Below are positions 30,011 to 40,389 of a DNA stretch of 64,000 nucleotides, piece after piece. The translations under genes and the position numbers were made by a program. The notes beneath the pieces were generated by a model, which saw only the letters and a program-made list of their open reading frames with translations, was not told the DNA's origin and did not search any database. The stretch is from Nitrospirota bacterium (GTDB lineage: Bacteria; Nitrospirota; UBA9217): assembly GCA_963751455.1 (NCBI GenBank), contig CAVVUN010000009.1:288001-352000 (forward strand). The letters run 5' to 3'. Each line of letters begins with the position of its first letter. Position 1 is the first letter of the stretch.

Positions 30011-30452
30011 TGCTATTCAAACACAATTGAACAGCCACAGCGTCAAGACGAAATTTGTGATAGTTGGAATCTGGAATACATTTTTCGGCTATCTGGTATT
30101 TTATTTACTTGACTCGCTGTTCAGTTCTCGCTTGCAAACAAGAGCTGTTGCTTACATGAGCGCGATGACGTTTGCGCAGATCATTGGCGTCATAAACGCG
30201 TATTTATCCCACAAAAGAATAACATTCGAGACATATACGAAGGGAAGGGGAACGGTCATTGAGTTTTTTCGTTTTACCGTCACCTACGTCTTTTCGTTTT
30301 GTGTTAACGTTCTTTTATTGCCGGTCCTTGTTGAATCAATGAGCATCGATCCGAAAATCGCTGGTTTGATTCTTGTCATAATAACGACAATAACAAGTTA
30401 TCTTGGCCATTCAAGATTCTCATTTAAAAAGAAACTGCCGGAATTACAGTGA
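29994..30452 (+). CDS. GtrA-family flippase-like protein
   Basis: KFVIVGIWNT..Y, four TMs, F.F C-terminus; overlaps the GtrB-like gene. Confidence 0.85.
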   Translation: MKFSNNAIQTQLNSHSVKTKFVIVGIWNTFFGYLVFYLLDSLFSSRLQTRAVAYMSAMTFAQIIGVINAYLSHKRITFETYTKGRGTVIEFFRFTVTYVFSFCVNVLLLPVLVESMSIDPKIAGLILVIITTITSYLGHSRFSFKKKLPELQ

Positions 30453-30561
30453 CTTTCGGGTAATTTAGATCTGCATTGATTTTAAACCCTCTGGATATTT
30501 CTCCGGCTTCTCCTGCTTTTGTTCTGAATTAAATCTCGGACCTATGGAGAACTGACTCAGC

Positions 30562-33135
30562 GTGAATTACGCGGATAAGACATTAACGAATAAAGCAGCT
30601 GTGATGAAATATGCATCTGCGATTCATTATTTTGTCTGCAGTTTAGGGCTGATCGGACTCTCAAAATATCTATCTCTCATTCTCGGATCATTTCTATTCA
30701 AATCCCATGAACGTCTGCAAATTAACGAATATCTTGTAGCATATTTCTTCTATCCTGAAAAACGGTACGAGCTTCTGCATTACAGCTTGATACTGGCTCT
30801 TCTGGTCTCATACTATTTTTGTGTCCATATCATTTTCAATAGAATAATCAGGAAACGCCAGGGATCTATTGAGAACTTTAGCTCCTTTTTAACGGCTGAA
30901 ATAGTCGTTCTTTGTTTTAACCTCATTCTGCTTAATCCTCATAATATCCGCAACGCCTGGAGACTCATTTTGGGGGTATGTCTGTGGTTGATTCTCTTAT
31001 TTGCTCCTTTACTACAACAGTATCTCGAGCTGTCGCAGCGTAAACTCGATCGATATTACTACGTGGTACTATCCATTGTTATTGTACAATTCATTTTTGT
31101 TTTTTCACCGTTTATTATTCATGAGCCAAAAATGATAAATGAGTTTCTTGATATTCCGGAAAAAACGTTTATACAGAAGGAAGGCAGGCATGATAATTAT
31201 TCGGAGAAACGCGCCAACAACAGCGACAAGGATTACTTGACATTGATTGACAACAGCACATTTATAAATCACTTCAGACTGTTCGGGACGCACCTGAAAT
31301 ATGACTTACTTAATGATAAAGGCCAAGACCCTGTTCCTTCAATCGGAAATTACATTTTGTTTCCAAAAACGCCTAATCTTCAAAATTTTATTAATGACAA
31401 AGAACTGAATAGGGGTCTGAAATACTATTACGACGATCGGTATTCGGTTTTAGTTGCCATCGACAAAATATCTGCACTGGAAAAGACAGCTCTGAGCAAC
31501 CTCGCAAATGAGGAAAACAACAAAAAAGCCATTGAAGTGTTCTGCGATTCAAATGCCGGCGTTGTCCAACCCTCAAAGAGCGAAAACTATTCCGGTCCGG
31601 TGAAGGATTTTCTTAAAAAAAATGCCTTTGAAATACACTGGCAGATTTTGAATCGATGGGTAATTCATCATCATAATTTTACCCTGGCTCCTATGAACGA
31701 ATACGATCTTGGAAAAAATGTGAAAGATATTTACGCCCAGTACGGGCTTTTGAACCTGATTGTTACAAAAAAAGTCCTTGATCTGATTGGAGGGCTGAAT
31801 TATCAGAATTATCTGAAGACGTGGTTCTCGTATTACTATATTTATTATGGATTATTGTTTGTTCTGATAATATTCCTGTTCCGTGATGTGAAGTATGCGA
31901 CGCTGATTATTATCTTAGTTTCTTATCTGGTGACATCTGTCGGTTTCAATTATCTGTTTCTTGGTCCCGGTCTAAATCCTATCAGGCACTTTTTCGACAT
32001 CTTTACGATAGCCTTACTATTCCTTTATGTAACGAGAAAAAAGGATATATGGTTTTATTGCCTGCTGTTATCTTCAATGCTGGGTGTGTTCAACAATGCA
32101 CAGGTCGGCTTGTTTTCGCAGGTTTCTTTAATTCTCGTTCTTATAATGCTCTTTGTCAAAAATAACGAGGGGCTGGTTATTAAAAGAATATTGCCTGTGG
32201 TTGTTATCGCAGCTGCCGGAATGTATCTCGCTATCTGGGGAGAATTCGGAAAAGACGGGTTCTCAAAATATTATCTTGAAGGTTTGCTTGGATTTCCGCT
32301 GGGGCAAAAAAGAATGATCTCAGTGGCCGTCGTTATCAGTATCGGCTTTGCTTTCATGCAGGTGATGCTAAAAATAAAAGATAACCGTATATATGTCGCA
32401 TTATATTTATTCTTTTACTCTCAGGCACTTCTCGTCTATTATGTATGGGGAGCTACACACAATCATTTTCTCAACTTTGCGCCGATATATGCATTAACTA
32501 TTGTTTTATTCCTCAAATTAATCCTCAACCATTATCCTTTTACGGCAAACCGCCAGAGTGCAATAATCGGCATATTGATTTTTATATCGTTGGTCGCTTA
32601 TGCGTCTTCGCTGGAGCGCTACTATACTGAAAAAAATAATTATGATAACATATTCACGGTACACAAAACCTATGTTTGGGATTTCGAGAGGGCCCGGTTT
32701 ACCTCAACCATGGACCCTAAGTACTTTCAGGACGCCGTTACTTTGATAAACAAATATACTCCTCAGAATGATATCTTCATTCTTTCAAAATACGACAGTA
32801 TTATTCCGTTCCTCTCCCATAAGTATAGTGCTATGCCCTATTTCGACGTGTCCAATTTTTTAGTCACCCAAAAGGAAATTAACGATTGCATTGCCGCCGT
32901 AAAAGATGCTAAACCGGGCTATCTCTATGTCGATACTGATATCAGCAGAAATCTGAATACCGACATCATTCATGAAAATGTTCCCGTCATAGGGTACTTG
33001 CATAACGAATCTGTTTGGAGGGTCCACCGGCTTAGACTTCTCAAAGATATTTATAACGCCATTCGCGATGATTATCACCTTGTTGAAAAAGGCTATTTAA
33101 TTTCGGTTTATAAAAGAAACGATCTGGGTCTATAA
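30562..33135 (+). CDS. Large polytopic membrane protein, putative GT-C fold transferase
   Basis: 857 aa with many TM helices, a large soluble loop and HHHNF..AQYG motif; follows gtrB/gtrA; AT-rich. Confidence 0.6.
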   Translation: MNYADKTLTNKAAVMKYASAIHYFVCSLGLIGLSKYLSLILGSFLFKSHERLQINEYLVAYFFYPEKRYELLHYSLILALLVSYYFCVHIIFNRIIRKRQGSIENFSSFLTAEIVVLCFNLILLNPHNIRNAWRLILGVCLWLILLFAPLLQQYLELSQRKLDRYYYVVLSIVIVQFIFVFSPFIIHEPKMINEFLDIPEKTFIQKEGRHDNYSEKRANNSDKDYLTLIDNSTFINHFRLFGTHLKYDLLNDKGQDPVPSIGNYILFPKTPNLQNFINDKELNRGLKYYYDDRYSVLVAIDKISALEKTALSNLANEENNKKAIEVFCDSNAGVVQPSKSENYSGPVKDFLKKNAFEIHWQILNRWVIHHHNFTLAPMNEYDLGKNVKDIYAQYGLLNLIVTKKVLDLIGGLNYQNYLKTWFSYYYIYYGLLFVLIIFLFRDVKYATLIIILVSYLVTSVGFNYLFLGPGLNPIRHFFDIFTIALLFLYVTRKKDIWFYCLLLSSMLGVFNNAQVGLFSQVSLILVLIMLFVKNNEGLVIKRILPVVVIAAAGMYLAIWGEFGKDGFSKYYLEGLLGFPLGQKRMISVAVVISIGFAFMQVMLKIKDNRIYVALYLFFYSQALLVYYVWGATHNHFLNFAPIYALTIVLFLKLILNHYPFTANRQSAIIGILIFISLVAYASSLERYYTEKNNYDNIFTVHKTYVWDFERARFTSTMDPKYFQDAVTLINKYTPQNDIFILSKYDSIIPFLSHKYSAMPYFDVSNFLVTQKEINDCIAAVKDAKPGYLYVDTDISRNLNTDIIHENVPVIGYLHNESVWRVHRLRLLKDIYNAIRDDYHLVEKGYLISVYKRNDLGL

Positions 33136-33315
33136 CGCACATGCAATTCAAAACTGATACAGCAAGCCGGTTATGGATTTGAAGAATGATAGGCAAGAAG
33201 GACTGGACTTTTGCGAAAGCTGATGTTATAAAGACTTTAAGAAGGCTAAGGTTATTAAAAGAGAGCCTGAAAATCGGTTTTGATGGTGGTTAATTCGGCA
33301 AAAGGAATATAAAGC

Positions 33316-34275
33316 TTGATTAGAAAACAGTCCTCGGTCTCAATCTGTATCCCTACCTTTAACAGCTCGAAATATCTCGTGCACTGTTTGGACAGCATAG
33401 CTGCTCAGAGCTACCACAATATTGAAGTAATAATATCAGACAACGCATCCACCGATAATACTGTGGATATCATCAAAACCTATGCGGACCGCTACGGTTT
33501 TCAATTCTTCGTTAATAAAAGAAATATAGGCGCCGGCGCGAACTTCAACAGGCTCCTGGGTCTTGCCAAGGGTGATTATGTCGCAATCTACCATGCCGAT
33601 GATATGTATGGAAATACAATAGTTCAAGATTCGGTCAGAGTTCTGGACTTGGATGATACGATCGGCCTGGTAGGAACCATGGGGGACCTGGTAAATGAAG
33701 AAGGAGTTCCTTTCAACAGTTTTAGGCTGCCCCCGCATTTGAAAAAACTGAATAAAACGGTCTACTCGTTCGAGGAAGCTCTTTCGGGCATAGTAAAACG
33801 CGGATGGTTTTTTGTTACACCGACAATCATGGTACGCAGGAAAGTAATCGACCAACTCGGTACCTTCAACATAACGGATTATGGGTCTTCAGGGGATTAT
33901 GAACTCTGGATGCGAATAGCTAGTAATTTCAAGGTGGCAATAATCGATAAAAAATTAATCAGGTACAGGGTCCATAAAAACCAGGGCACGGAACAGGAAG
34001 TCAGGAAAAATCCGGAAGTTGCGGATATAGTTCTGGTCGTAAAGAAATACCGGGACCTGACAACGAATCACAAGTTAAAAAAAATGTGTGACGACTGCAT
34101 TAACTCAAATATCGTCAAGGCGGCGAGAAGACAGAATTACTACGGGCTGTATGATAAAAGCAGTCAAACTTTAAAGTTGCTGAAGTCAAATAACATTCGG
34201 TTTCTGCTTCATAAGTACGGAATCCGGTTTTTCAATGCTCTTAAGTTCTCCATAAAAAAGAGACGACTAGCATAG
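33316..34275 (+). CDS. GT2 glycosyltransferase
   Basis: IPTFN, SDNASTD, HADD, DYELWMR, YRVH. Confidence 0.9.
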   Translation: MIRKQSSVSICIPTFNSSKYLVHCLDSIAAQSYHNIEVIISDNASTDNTVDIIKTYADRYGFQFFVNKRNIGAGANFNRLLGLAKGDYVAIYHADDMYGNTIVQDSVRVLDLDDTIGLVGTMGDLVNEEGVPFNSFRLPPHLKKLNKTVYSFEEALSGIVKRGWFFVTPTIMVRRKVIDQLGTFNITDYGSSGDYELWMRIASNFKVAIIDKKLIRYRVHKNQGTEQEVRKNPEVADIVLVVKKYRDLTTNHKLKKMCDDCINSNIVKAARRQNYYGLYDKSSQTLKLLKSNNIRFLLHKYGIRFFNALKFSIKKRRLA

Positions 34276-34380
34276 AGCGTTCCGTTTTCACACCCTGTTT
34301 GGCACTTTGACCGACAAAAGCATTGACGAAACACCTCCTTGTATGAGATAATTACGCGTTTTTAACTATAAAAATTAATA

Positions 34381-35862
34381 ATGAGGAATTCTATGTTTGC
34401 TGTCATCATGGCGGGTGGATCTGGTACTCGATTCTGGCCTCTTTCCCGGGAAAAAATGCCGAAGCAGCTTTTGAAAATCGGCGGTCAGGACACACTCATC
34501 TGCACCACGGTGAGCCGGATGCTGCCCCTGATGCCGATGGACAATATGTTTGTCGTCACGAATCAGGCGCTCGCTGATATCATCGGTTACCAGCTTTCGA
34601 CCAGGTTCGAACGCACTTGGGACGCGAACTTCATTCTCGAGCCTGAGGCTAAAAATACAGCGCCGGCGCTGGGTCTTGCCGCGCTTCATCTGGAGCGCGT
34701 GGATCCTGAAAGCGTAATGGTGGTCCTCGCTGCTGACCATTCGATAAGAAGGGAAGAGGCTTTTCTTGACCTGCTTCGCAAAGCCGACGCAGCAGCTCAA
34801 TCGGGATATCTGGTTACGCTGGGCATCAAACCTGACCGTCCCGAAACCGGTTATGGCTATATAAAAGCCGGAGAAAAATGTAAAGATGGGGGGACAGACG
34901 GCATTTCCAGGGTCGAGGCGTTCGTTGAAAAACCTAACATAGAGACGGCCGGGGAGTACCTGAAGGACGGCCGCTATTTCTGGAACAGCGGCATTTTCGT
35001 ATGGAAGACGAAGACGCTTCTTGCTGAAATAGAAAAGTACCACCCGTCACTGCACCGTGGCCTTTGTGACATAAGAAAAAGCATCGGAACAGATAAGGAA
35101 GCGCAGGTAATCGCAGGCGTCTTTAAAAGCCTTGAGCCCATTTCTATTGACTACGCGGTAATGGAAAAAACGGACCGGGCGGCGGTCATTCCTGCGGATA
35201 TAGAATGGTCGGATGTCGGCAGCTGGACCGCTCTGGACCAGGTTTCGGAAAGAGATCCGTCGGGAAACGTTATATCAGGCAACGTAATCGACCTCGGCAG
35301 CCATGATTCCATCATTTACGGCGAGAAGCGTCTCGTGGCGACCATAGGGCTTAAGGACACGGTCGTCGTGGATACCCCCGATGCGACTCTCGTCTGCAGC
35401 AAGGATCGGGCCCAGGACGTAAAGAAAGTCGTGGACGAGCTCAAGCGGCGCAAGGCTGAAGAGCACCTGACCCATCGTACAACATACCGTCCCTGGGGCT
35501 CCTATACGATCCTCGAGGACGGTGAACGATACAAGATCAAACGCCTTGTAATCAATCCCGGCGCCAAACTTTCGCACCAGTTGCACTACCACAGGAGTGA
35601 GCACTGGGTTGTTGTGGCAGGCACTGCCCGGGTAACCAATGGCGATCGGGAATACGATGTCCATCCGAATGAAAGTACCTATATCCCGATGTCCACGAAA
35701 CACCGGCTTGAAAACCGCGGAAAAGTAGCCCTCCAGATCATCGAGGTCCAGAACGGCGAATATCTTGAAGAGGACGACATCGTTCGTTTTGACGACGATT
35801 ACCGCCGGCACGAAAAAGACAAGCGAAAACCCCTTCCTTCCATTGACAATAAGATCGCATGA
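34381..35862 (+). CDS. manC: Mannose-1-phosphate guanylyltransferase / mannose-6-phosphate isomerase
   Basis: GGSGTRFWPLSR..PKQ, PETGYGYI, SIDYAVME, WSDVGSW, cupin RPWG..HRSEHW. Confidence 0.96.
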   Translation: MRNSMFAVIMAGGSGTRFWPLSREKMPKQLLKIGGQDTLICTTVSRMLPLMPMDNMFVVTNQALADIIGYQLSTRFERTWDANFILEPEAKNTAPALGLAALHLERVDPESVMVVLAADHSIRREEAFLDLLRKADAAAQSGYLVTLGIKPDRPETGYGYIKAGEKCKDGGTDGISRVEAFVEKPNIETAGEYLKDGRYFWNSGIFVWKTKTLLAEIEKYHPSLHRGLCDIRKSIGTDKEAQVIAGVFKSLEPISIDYAVMEKTDRAAVIPADIEWSDVGSWTALDQVSERDPSGNVISGNVIDLGSHDSIIYGEKRLVATIGLKDTVVVDTPDATLVCSKDRAQDVKKVVDELKRRKAEEHLTHRTTYRPWGSYTILEDGERYKIKRLVINPGAKLSHQLHYHRSEHWVVVAGTARVTNGDREYDVHPNESTYIPMSTKHRLENRGKVALQIIEVQNGEYLEEDDIVRFDDDYRRHEKDKRKPLPSIDNKIA

Positions 35863-37310
35863 TTAACCCAGAGATATTCCGAGAATACGACATACGCGGC
35901 ATCGCGGAACACGATCTTGCCTCCCCGGTGGTTCAAGCCTTGGGACGCGCCTTCGCCGCATATTTAAAACCGAAAAGTATCAGCGCCGTTACAGTCGGTT
36001 ATGACGCGCGGACCAGTTCTCCGCGGTTATGCGACTCGATTGTGGACGGACTTTCGTCCGCCGGAATGCGCGTAACAGTTCTTGGCCTTTGCCCCACGCC
36101 GGCCCTGTACTATTCTCTCTTCTCGTTAATGCCCGGCGCCGGTGTAATGATTACCGGCAGCCACAATCCCGCCGAGTTCAACGGGTTCAAGTTATGCGTC
36201 GGCACCGACACGATCTACGGTGAAGAGATACAGAAAATCATGCGAATCATGGAGGAGGAAGCAGGTAAAACAGACGGCTCACGGCCCGCGGCTCATCAGC
36301 AACTATCCCGTATGAATATGCCGGGAGTTTCCGTTCATCCCATCCTGCCGGATTACAGAAGATATCTCAAACAGCTGTTTACCTCCTATCGAGAACTGCC
36401 TCTGAAGGTAGTTCTCGATTCAGGAAACGGAACCGCTGGACAGGTTGCCCCCGAAGTCATTCGCGAAATGGGGTGCGAGGTAATAGAACTCTTTTCGGAG
36501 CCTGACGGCCGGTTTCCCAATCATCATCCTGACCCTACGATTCCCAAGAACCTGAAGGTACTGATCGAAACGGTAAAAAATTCCAGTGCCGATCTCGGTA
36601 TTGCGTTCGACGGAGATTCCGACAGGATCGGAGTCGTTGACGAAAAAGGGAACATACTCTGGGGCGATCAGCTCATGGTCATTTTTTCACGTGACATCCT
36701 CAATCAGCGCCCGGGGGCCATATTTGTTTCCGAAGTAAAATGCTCTCAAACCATGTACGATGACATCCGTAAAAACGGCGGAAAAGCGATTATGTGGAAG
36801 ACCGGGCATTCCCTGATCAAGGCAAAGATGAAAGAATTGCACGCTGACCTGGCCGGTGAAATGAGCGGTCACCTTTTCTTCGCGGACCGCTATTATGGTT
36901 ATGATGATGCAATCTACGCAGCATGCAGGATCGTGGAAATTTTAAAAAAAGTTCGTGTCGCCGGCGATGGACGAGTATCCTTGAGCTCGCTCCTTGCCGA
37001 TTTGCCGAGGACTTTTAATACGCCTGAAATTCGCTTCGATTGCCCTGATAACATCAAATTCAAAGTGGTGGATAAGGCCAAAGAGATTTTTCTTCAAGGA
37101 ATCGGCCTGTCACTGAAACCCAGGGAAGTTATTACCGTGGACGGAGTTCGTGCAGTGTTCGAAAAAGGGTGGGGACTTATCCGCGCATCGAACACTCAGC
37201 CCGTACTTGTTATGCGTTTCGAGGCGTCGGATCCCGGACACCTTGATACGATCAAAACCATGATGGAGCGTACGTTGAGCGACATCATATCAGGCCTCAA
37301 AACCGCCTAA
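35859..37310 (+). CDS. manB: Phosphomannomutase/phosphoglucomutase
   Basis: FREYDIRG, TGSHNP, FDGDSDR, GEMSGH, RASNTQP. Confidence 0.93.
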   Translation: MINPEIFREYDIRGIAEHDLASPVVQALGRAFAAYLKPKSISAVTVGYDARTSSPRLCDSIVDGLSSAGMRVTVLGLCPTPALYYSLFSLMPGAGVMITGSHNPAEFNGFKLCVGTDTIYGEEIQKIMRIMEEEAGKTDGSRPAAHQQLSRMNMPGVSVHPILPDYRRYLKQLFTSYRELPLKVVLDSGNGTAGQVAPEVIREMGCEVIELFSEPDGRFPNHHPDPTIPKNLKVLIETVKNSSADLGIAFDGDSDRIGVVDEKGNILWGDQLMVIFSRDILNQRPGAIFVSEVKCSQTMYDDIRKNGGKAIMWKTGHSLIKAKMKELHADLAGEMSGHLFFADRYYGYDDAIYAACRIVEILKKVRVAGDGRVSLSSLLADLPRTFNTPEIRFDCPDNIKFKVVDKAKEIFLQGIGLSLKPREVITVDGVRAVFEKGWGLIRASNTQPVLVMRFEASDPGHLDTIKTMMERTLSDIISGLKTA

Positions 37311-37356
37311 AATCTGCTGGTTAGAAATCACTATTGTCTGCGACATTTACGAACAT

Positions 37357-37395
37357 CAATTGTTAACCTTTAAAAGTTAAATTGGTTGACAATTG
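37357..37395. promoter_or_regulatory. BirA operator
   Basis: CAATTGTTAACC-N15-GGTTGACAATTG palindrome immediately upstream of bioB; matches the established TGTAAC-N14/16-GTTACA-type BirA box. Confidence 0.9.
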
Positions 37396-37419
37396 CGTCG
37401 CTATAAAGTAAAAGATTAC

Positions 37420-38403
37420 ATGCAAACAATGATGAAACAAATGATATCCGCCGCAGTTGACGCTGTACTGACAGGCAGGAACATAACCTATGAAGAAGCA
37501 TTACAACTTTGCCGCGTCAAGGGCGCTGATCTCTGGGACCTGCTTGCAGCTGCAAACAGGCTCCGCGATCATTTCCGCGGACAGGAGATAAATCTCTGCT
37601 CTATCGTGAACGCAAAATCAGGCGAATGCAGCGAAGATTGCTCCTATTGCGCGCAGTCGAGCCATCATAGCACCGGCGCTTCGGTCTATCCCTTGATCTC
37701 AATAGAGCGCATGGCGGAGGCGGCCGCAAGCGCCAGAAAGAACGGTGCTCGGCGCTTCTGCATTGTTACAAGCGGCCGGGGCATTGATTCCCCGGATGAA
37801 TTGGAAAAGATCGCAAATGGCATACGTCACGTCCGTGACATGGGTCTTTCTCCGTGTGCGACACTCGGCACGCTCGCCAGTGACCAGCTTGCGTATTTAA
37901 AGGATGCCGGCCTTGACCGGTATCATCATAATATCGAGACATCCAGGGAATATTTTCCCCGCATCTGTTCGACCCATTCCTTTCAAGACCGTTTAGAAGT
38001 TCTTAAGAGCGCCCGCCTGCTGGGGCTCTCTGTCTGCAGCGGCGGCATTCTGGGCATGGGAGAGAGTCTGGAAGACAGGATCAAAATAGCCCTGACCCTC
38101 CGAGAACTCGAGGTGGATTCCGTTCCAATCAACTTCCTGATGCCTATCAAAGGTACGCCGCTTGAAAACGTCAGCGCGATTACTCCTCTCGAAGGTCTTC
38201 ATTCCCTGGCACTGTTTCGGTTCCTCCTGCCTGATAAAGAGATCCGGGTCTGCGGCGGTAGAGGGACAGCACTCGGCCGGCTGCACCCCCTGATATTTAC
38301 TGCGGGCGCGGACGGCTGCATGGTCGGCAATTATCTCACCACAGCGGGATTAGATCCCCGGGATGACCTTAGCATGATTCATGAACTGGATCTTCACGTC
38401 TAA
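37420..38403 (+). CDS. bioB: Biotin synthase
   Basis: NAKSG.CSEDCSYCAQS, YHHNIET, CSGGI.GMGE, VPINFL, GNYLTT. Confidence 0.96.
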   Translation: MQTMMKQMISAAVDAVLTGRNITYEEALQLCRVKGADLWDLLAAANRLRDHFRGQEINLCSIVNAKSGECSEDCSYCAQSSHHSTGASVYPLISIERMAEAAASARKNGARRFCIVTSGRGIDSPDELEKIANGIRHVRDMGLSPCATLGTLASDQLAYLKDAGLDRYHHNIETSREYFPRICSTHSFQDRLEVLKSARLLGLSVCSGGILGMGESLEDRIKIALTLRELEVDSVPINFLMPIKGTPLENVSAITPLEGLHSLALFRFLLPDKEIRVCGGRGTALGRLHPLIFTAGADGCMVGNYLTTAGLDPRDDLSMIHELDLHV

Positions 38404-38406
38404 ACA

Positions 38407-39225
38407 ATGGCATCGAATAATCTCTATAGTGTCCGAATGCGCGCATCGAGACGGGGAAAACATGTTTCCGGCGCGGAAAAAATAGTTGCTTCAGAAAACA
38501 TTAATCTGTCGCTGTCGGAGCTCGCTGTTCGCGCCCTTAACAAGGCTAACCCTCCGGATGAAATCGTGCTTAAGATCGAAGATATCGGGACAAGACCCAT
38601 ACGGATGTTGAAGGCCCTCGATGTGATCACTATTAAAGCGGCTGATGCGGTTTCCGGAAGGATGTATGCATCGAAAGTGCTTTCCAGAGCCGGTGTTTCT
38701 GATTCGGCTGTTAAATCGGCTATTGACAATCTATCTAATGGTCCTTCTGCGTCGGGCGGAAACATGCGGGGCGCCATGATCATGAACGCGAAGACCGGCG
38801 AACGGATGGAACAGGACCGGGAACGCGGCATACGAGCAACAAGGTTTGATTGGGCAGGGCAGGCAGGAAAAGAGATTGACGGTTTGCTCAGCGGTATCGG
38901 TCTTGTCCATTTTCGTACTCGTGAAGCGCTGGCGTTGGCCACCAAGGTTGCTTACGGGCCGGGAGTAGTTGCCGAACTGTGCTGGTCGGATGATCCGGAG
39001 TATGCAGCAGGGTATGTTTCCTCGGTAAAAACAGGTTATGTCCGATTTTCAAACCTGAAACAGCTGGGAAATGAAACCGGAGGGAGAGCCATATTTATAA
39101 ATCCCGAAATGACCGATATCAGGCCGCTTATACGTTATCTGGAAGATTCTCTAATTCTAATCGATAAGGCCGGTTTATGCAGACCGGCAATAGAGCCGGA
39201 TGACTATTTCGAGTGTTTCAAATAG
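38407..39225 (+). CDS. bioW: 6-carboxyhexanoate-CoA ligase
   Basis: YSVRMRAS..HVSGAE, MRGA, EALALATKV, ELCWSDDPEY..GYV. Confidence 0.92.
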   Translation: MASNNLYSVRMRASRRGKHVSGAEKIVASENINLSLSELAVRALNKANPPDEIVLKIEDIGTRPIRMLKALDVITIKAADAVSGRMYASKVLSRAGVSDSAVKSAIDNLSNGPSASGGNMRGAMIMNAKTGERMEQDRERGIRATRFDWAGQAGKEIDGLLSGIGLVHFRTREALALATKVAYGPGVVAELCWSDDPEYAAGYVSSVKTGYVRFSNLKQLGNETGGRAIFINPEMTDIRPLIRYLEDSLILIDKAGLCRPAIEPDDYFECFK

Positions 39226-40388
39226 ATCTCATGTTCGAACAAGAACTCGCACAATTAAAAAAACACAATCTTCTCCGGTCACTGACGGACATCGAACCTT
39301 ACGACGGACCGCACGTTATCATGAACGGAAAGAAGAGGCTGCTCATGTGCTCCAACGACTACCTTGGACTATCATGCCGCCCCGCTCTTCGAGATGCGGC
39401 CACCCGAGCGATGGCCGTTTACGGTTTCGGATCCGGCGCATCACGGCTGGTTTCAGGCACGAATCCGCTTCATCTGCAACTCGAACAGAGAATCGCTCAA
39501 TTCAAAAAGACCGAAGCAGCGCTTCTCTTCAATTCCGGATATGCCGCGAATACGGGTGTCATTCCGGCGATAGCAGGAGAGGGTGACGCTATTATCAGCG
39601 ACACCCTTAATCATGCAAGCATCGTCGATGGGTGTCGACTAAGCGGTGCAGCTGTCCATATCTACCGCCATCGCGACATTGAACATGCGGAAGTCATTCT
39701 CAAAAAAGCGCATTCAGCCCGCCGTAGACTGATCGTTACGGACGGTGTTTTCAGCATGGACGGTGATCTGGCGCCTCTCAAGGAACTCGCTTTTCTCGCC
39801 GACAAATATAATGGACTGCTCATGGCGGATGACGCACACGCAACAGGCGTATTCGGGGCTGCCGGAACGGGAACCGCTGAACACTTCGGCGTGGCCGGTC
39901 GTGTCCCTATTCAGATGGGAACGCTCGGAAAGGCATTCGGTTCATTCGGAGCCTATATCGCGGGAGCCAGGGACCTGATCGAATACCTTGTAAATAAATC
40001 CAGGTCCTTCATCTACAGTACGGCCCTGCCACCGGCTGTTTGCGCAGCTTCCCTGGCAGCTCTCGATATTATTGAGCGTGAACCCGGTCTCCGGGAAAAA
40101 CTCTGGAAAAACAGGGAACGGTACGTGAAGGGATTAAAGGCTTTCGGCATTGATACCGGGGCATCTCAATCGCCTATCGTTCCACTGATGCTGCAGGATC
40201 AGACAAACGCCGTTGAGGCCGGAAAAAAGCTTGCCGAGTACGGCATCTATGCTCCTGCGATGAGGCCGCCGACTGTTCCCCAAGGAACAGCAAGGATCAG
40301 AACCACGGTAATGGCAACTCATTCATTCGAGCAGATTGACAGGGCGCTTGAGATATTGGGCATCATGAAGCATGAAGGTTATTTCTGA
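39213..40388 (+). CDS. bioF: 8-amino-7-oxononanoate synthase
   Basis: SNDYLGL, GSGASRLVSG, NHASIVDG, FSMDGD, DDAH, GTLGKA, RPPTVP. Confidence 0.95.
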   Translation: MFQIDLMFEQELAQLKKHNLLRSLTDIEPYDGPHVIMNGKKRLLMCSNDYLGLSCRPALRDAATRAMAVYGFGSGASRLVSGTNPLHLQLEQRIAQFKKTEAALLFNSGYAANTGVIPAIAGEGDAIISDTLNHASIVDGCRLSGAAVHIYRHRDIEHAEVILKKAHSARRRLIVTDGVFSMDGDLAPLKELAFLADKYNGLLMADDAHATGVFGAAGTGTAEHFGVAGRVPIQMGTLGKAFGSFGAYIAGARDLIEYLVNKSRSFIYSTALPPAVCAASLAALDIIEREPGLREKLWKNRERYVKGLKAFGIDTGASQSPIVPLMLQDQTNAVEAGKKLAEYGIYAPAMRPPTVPQGTARIRTTVMATHSFEQIDRALEILGIMKHEGYF

Positions 40389-40389
40389 T

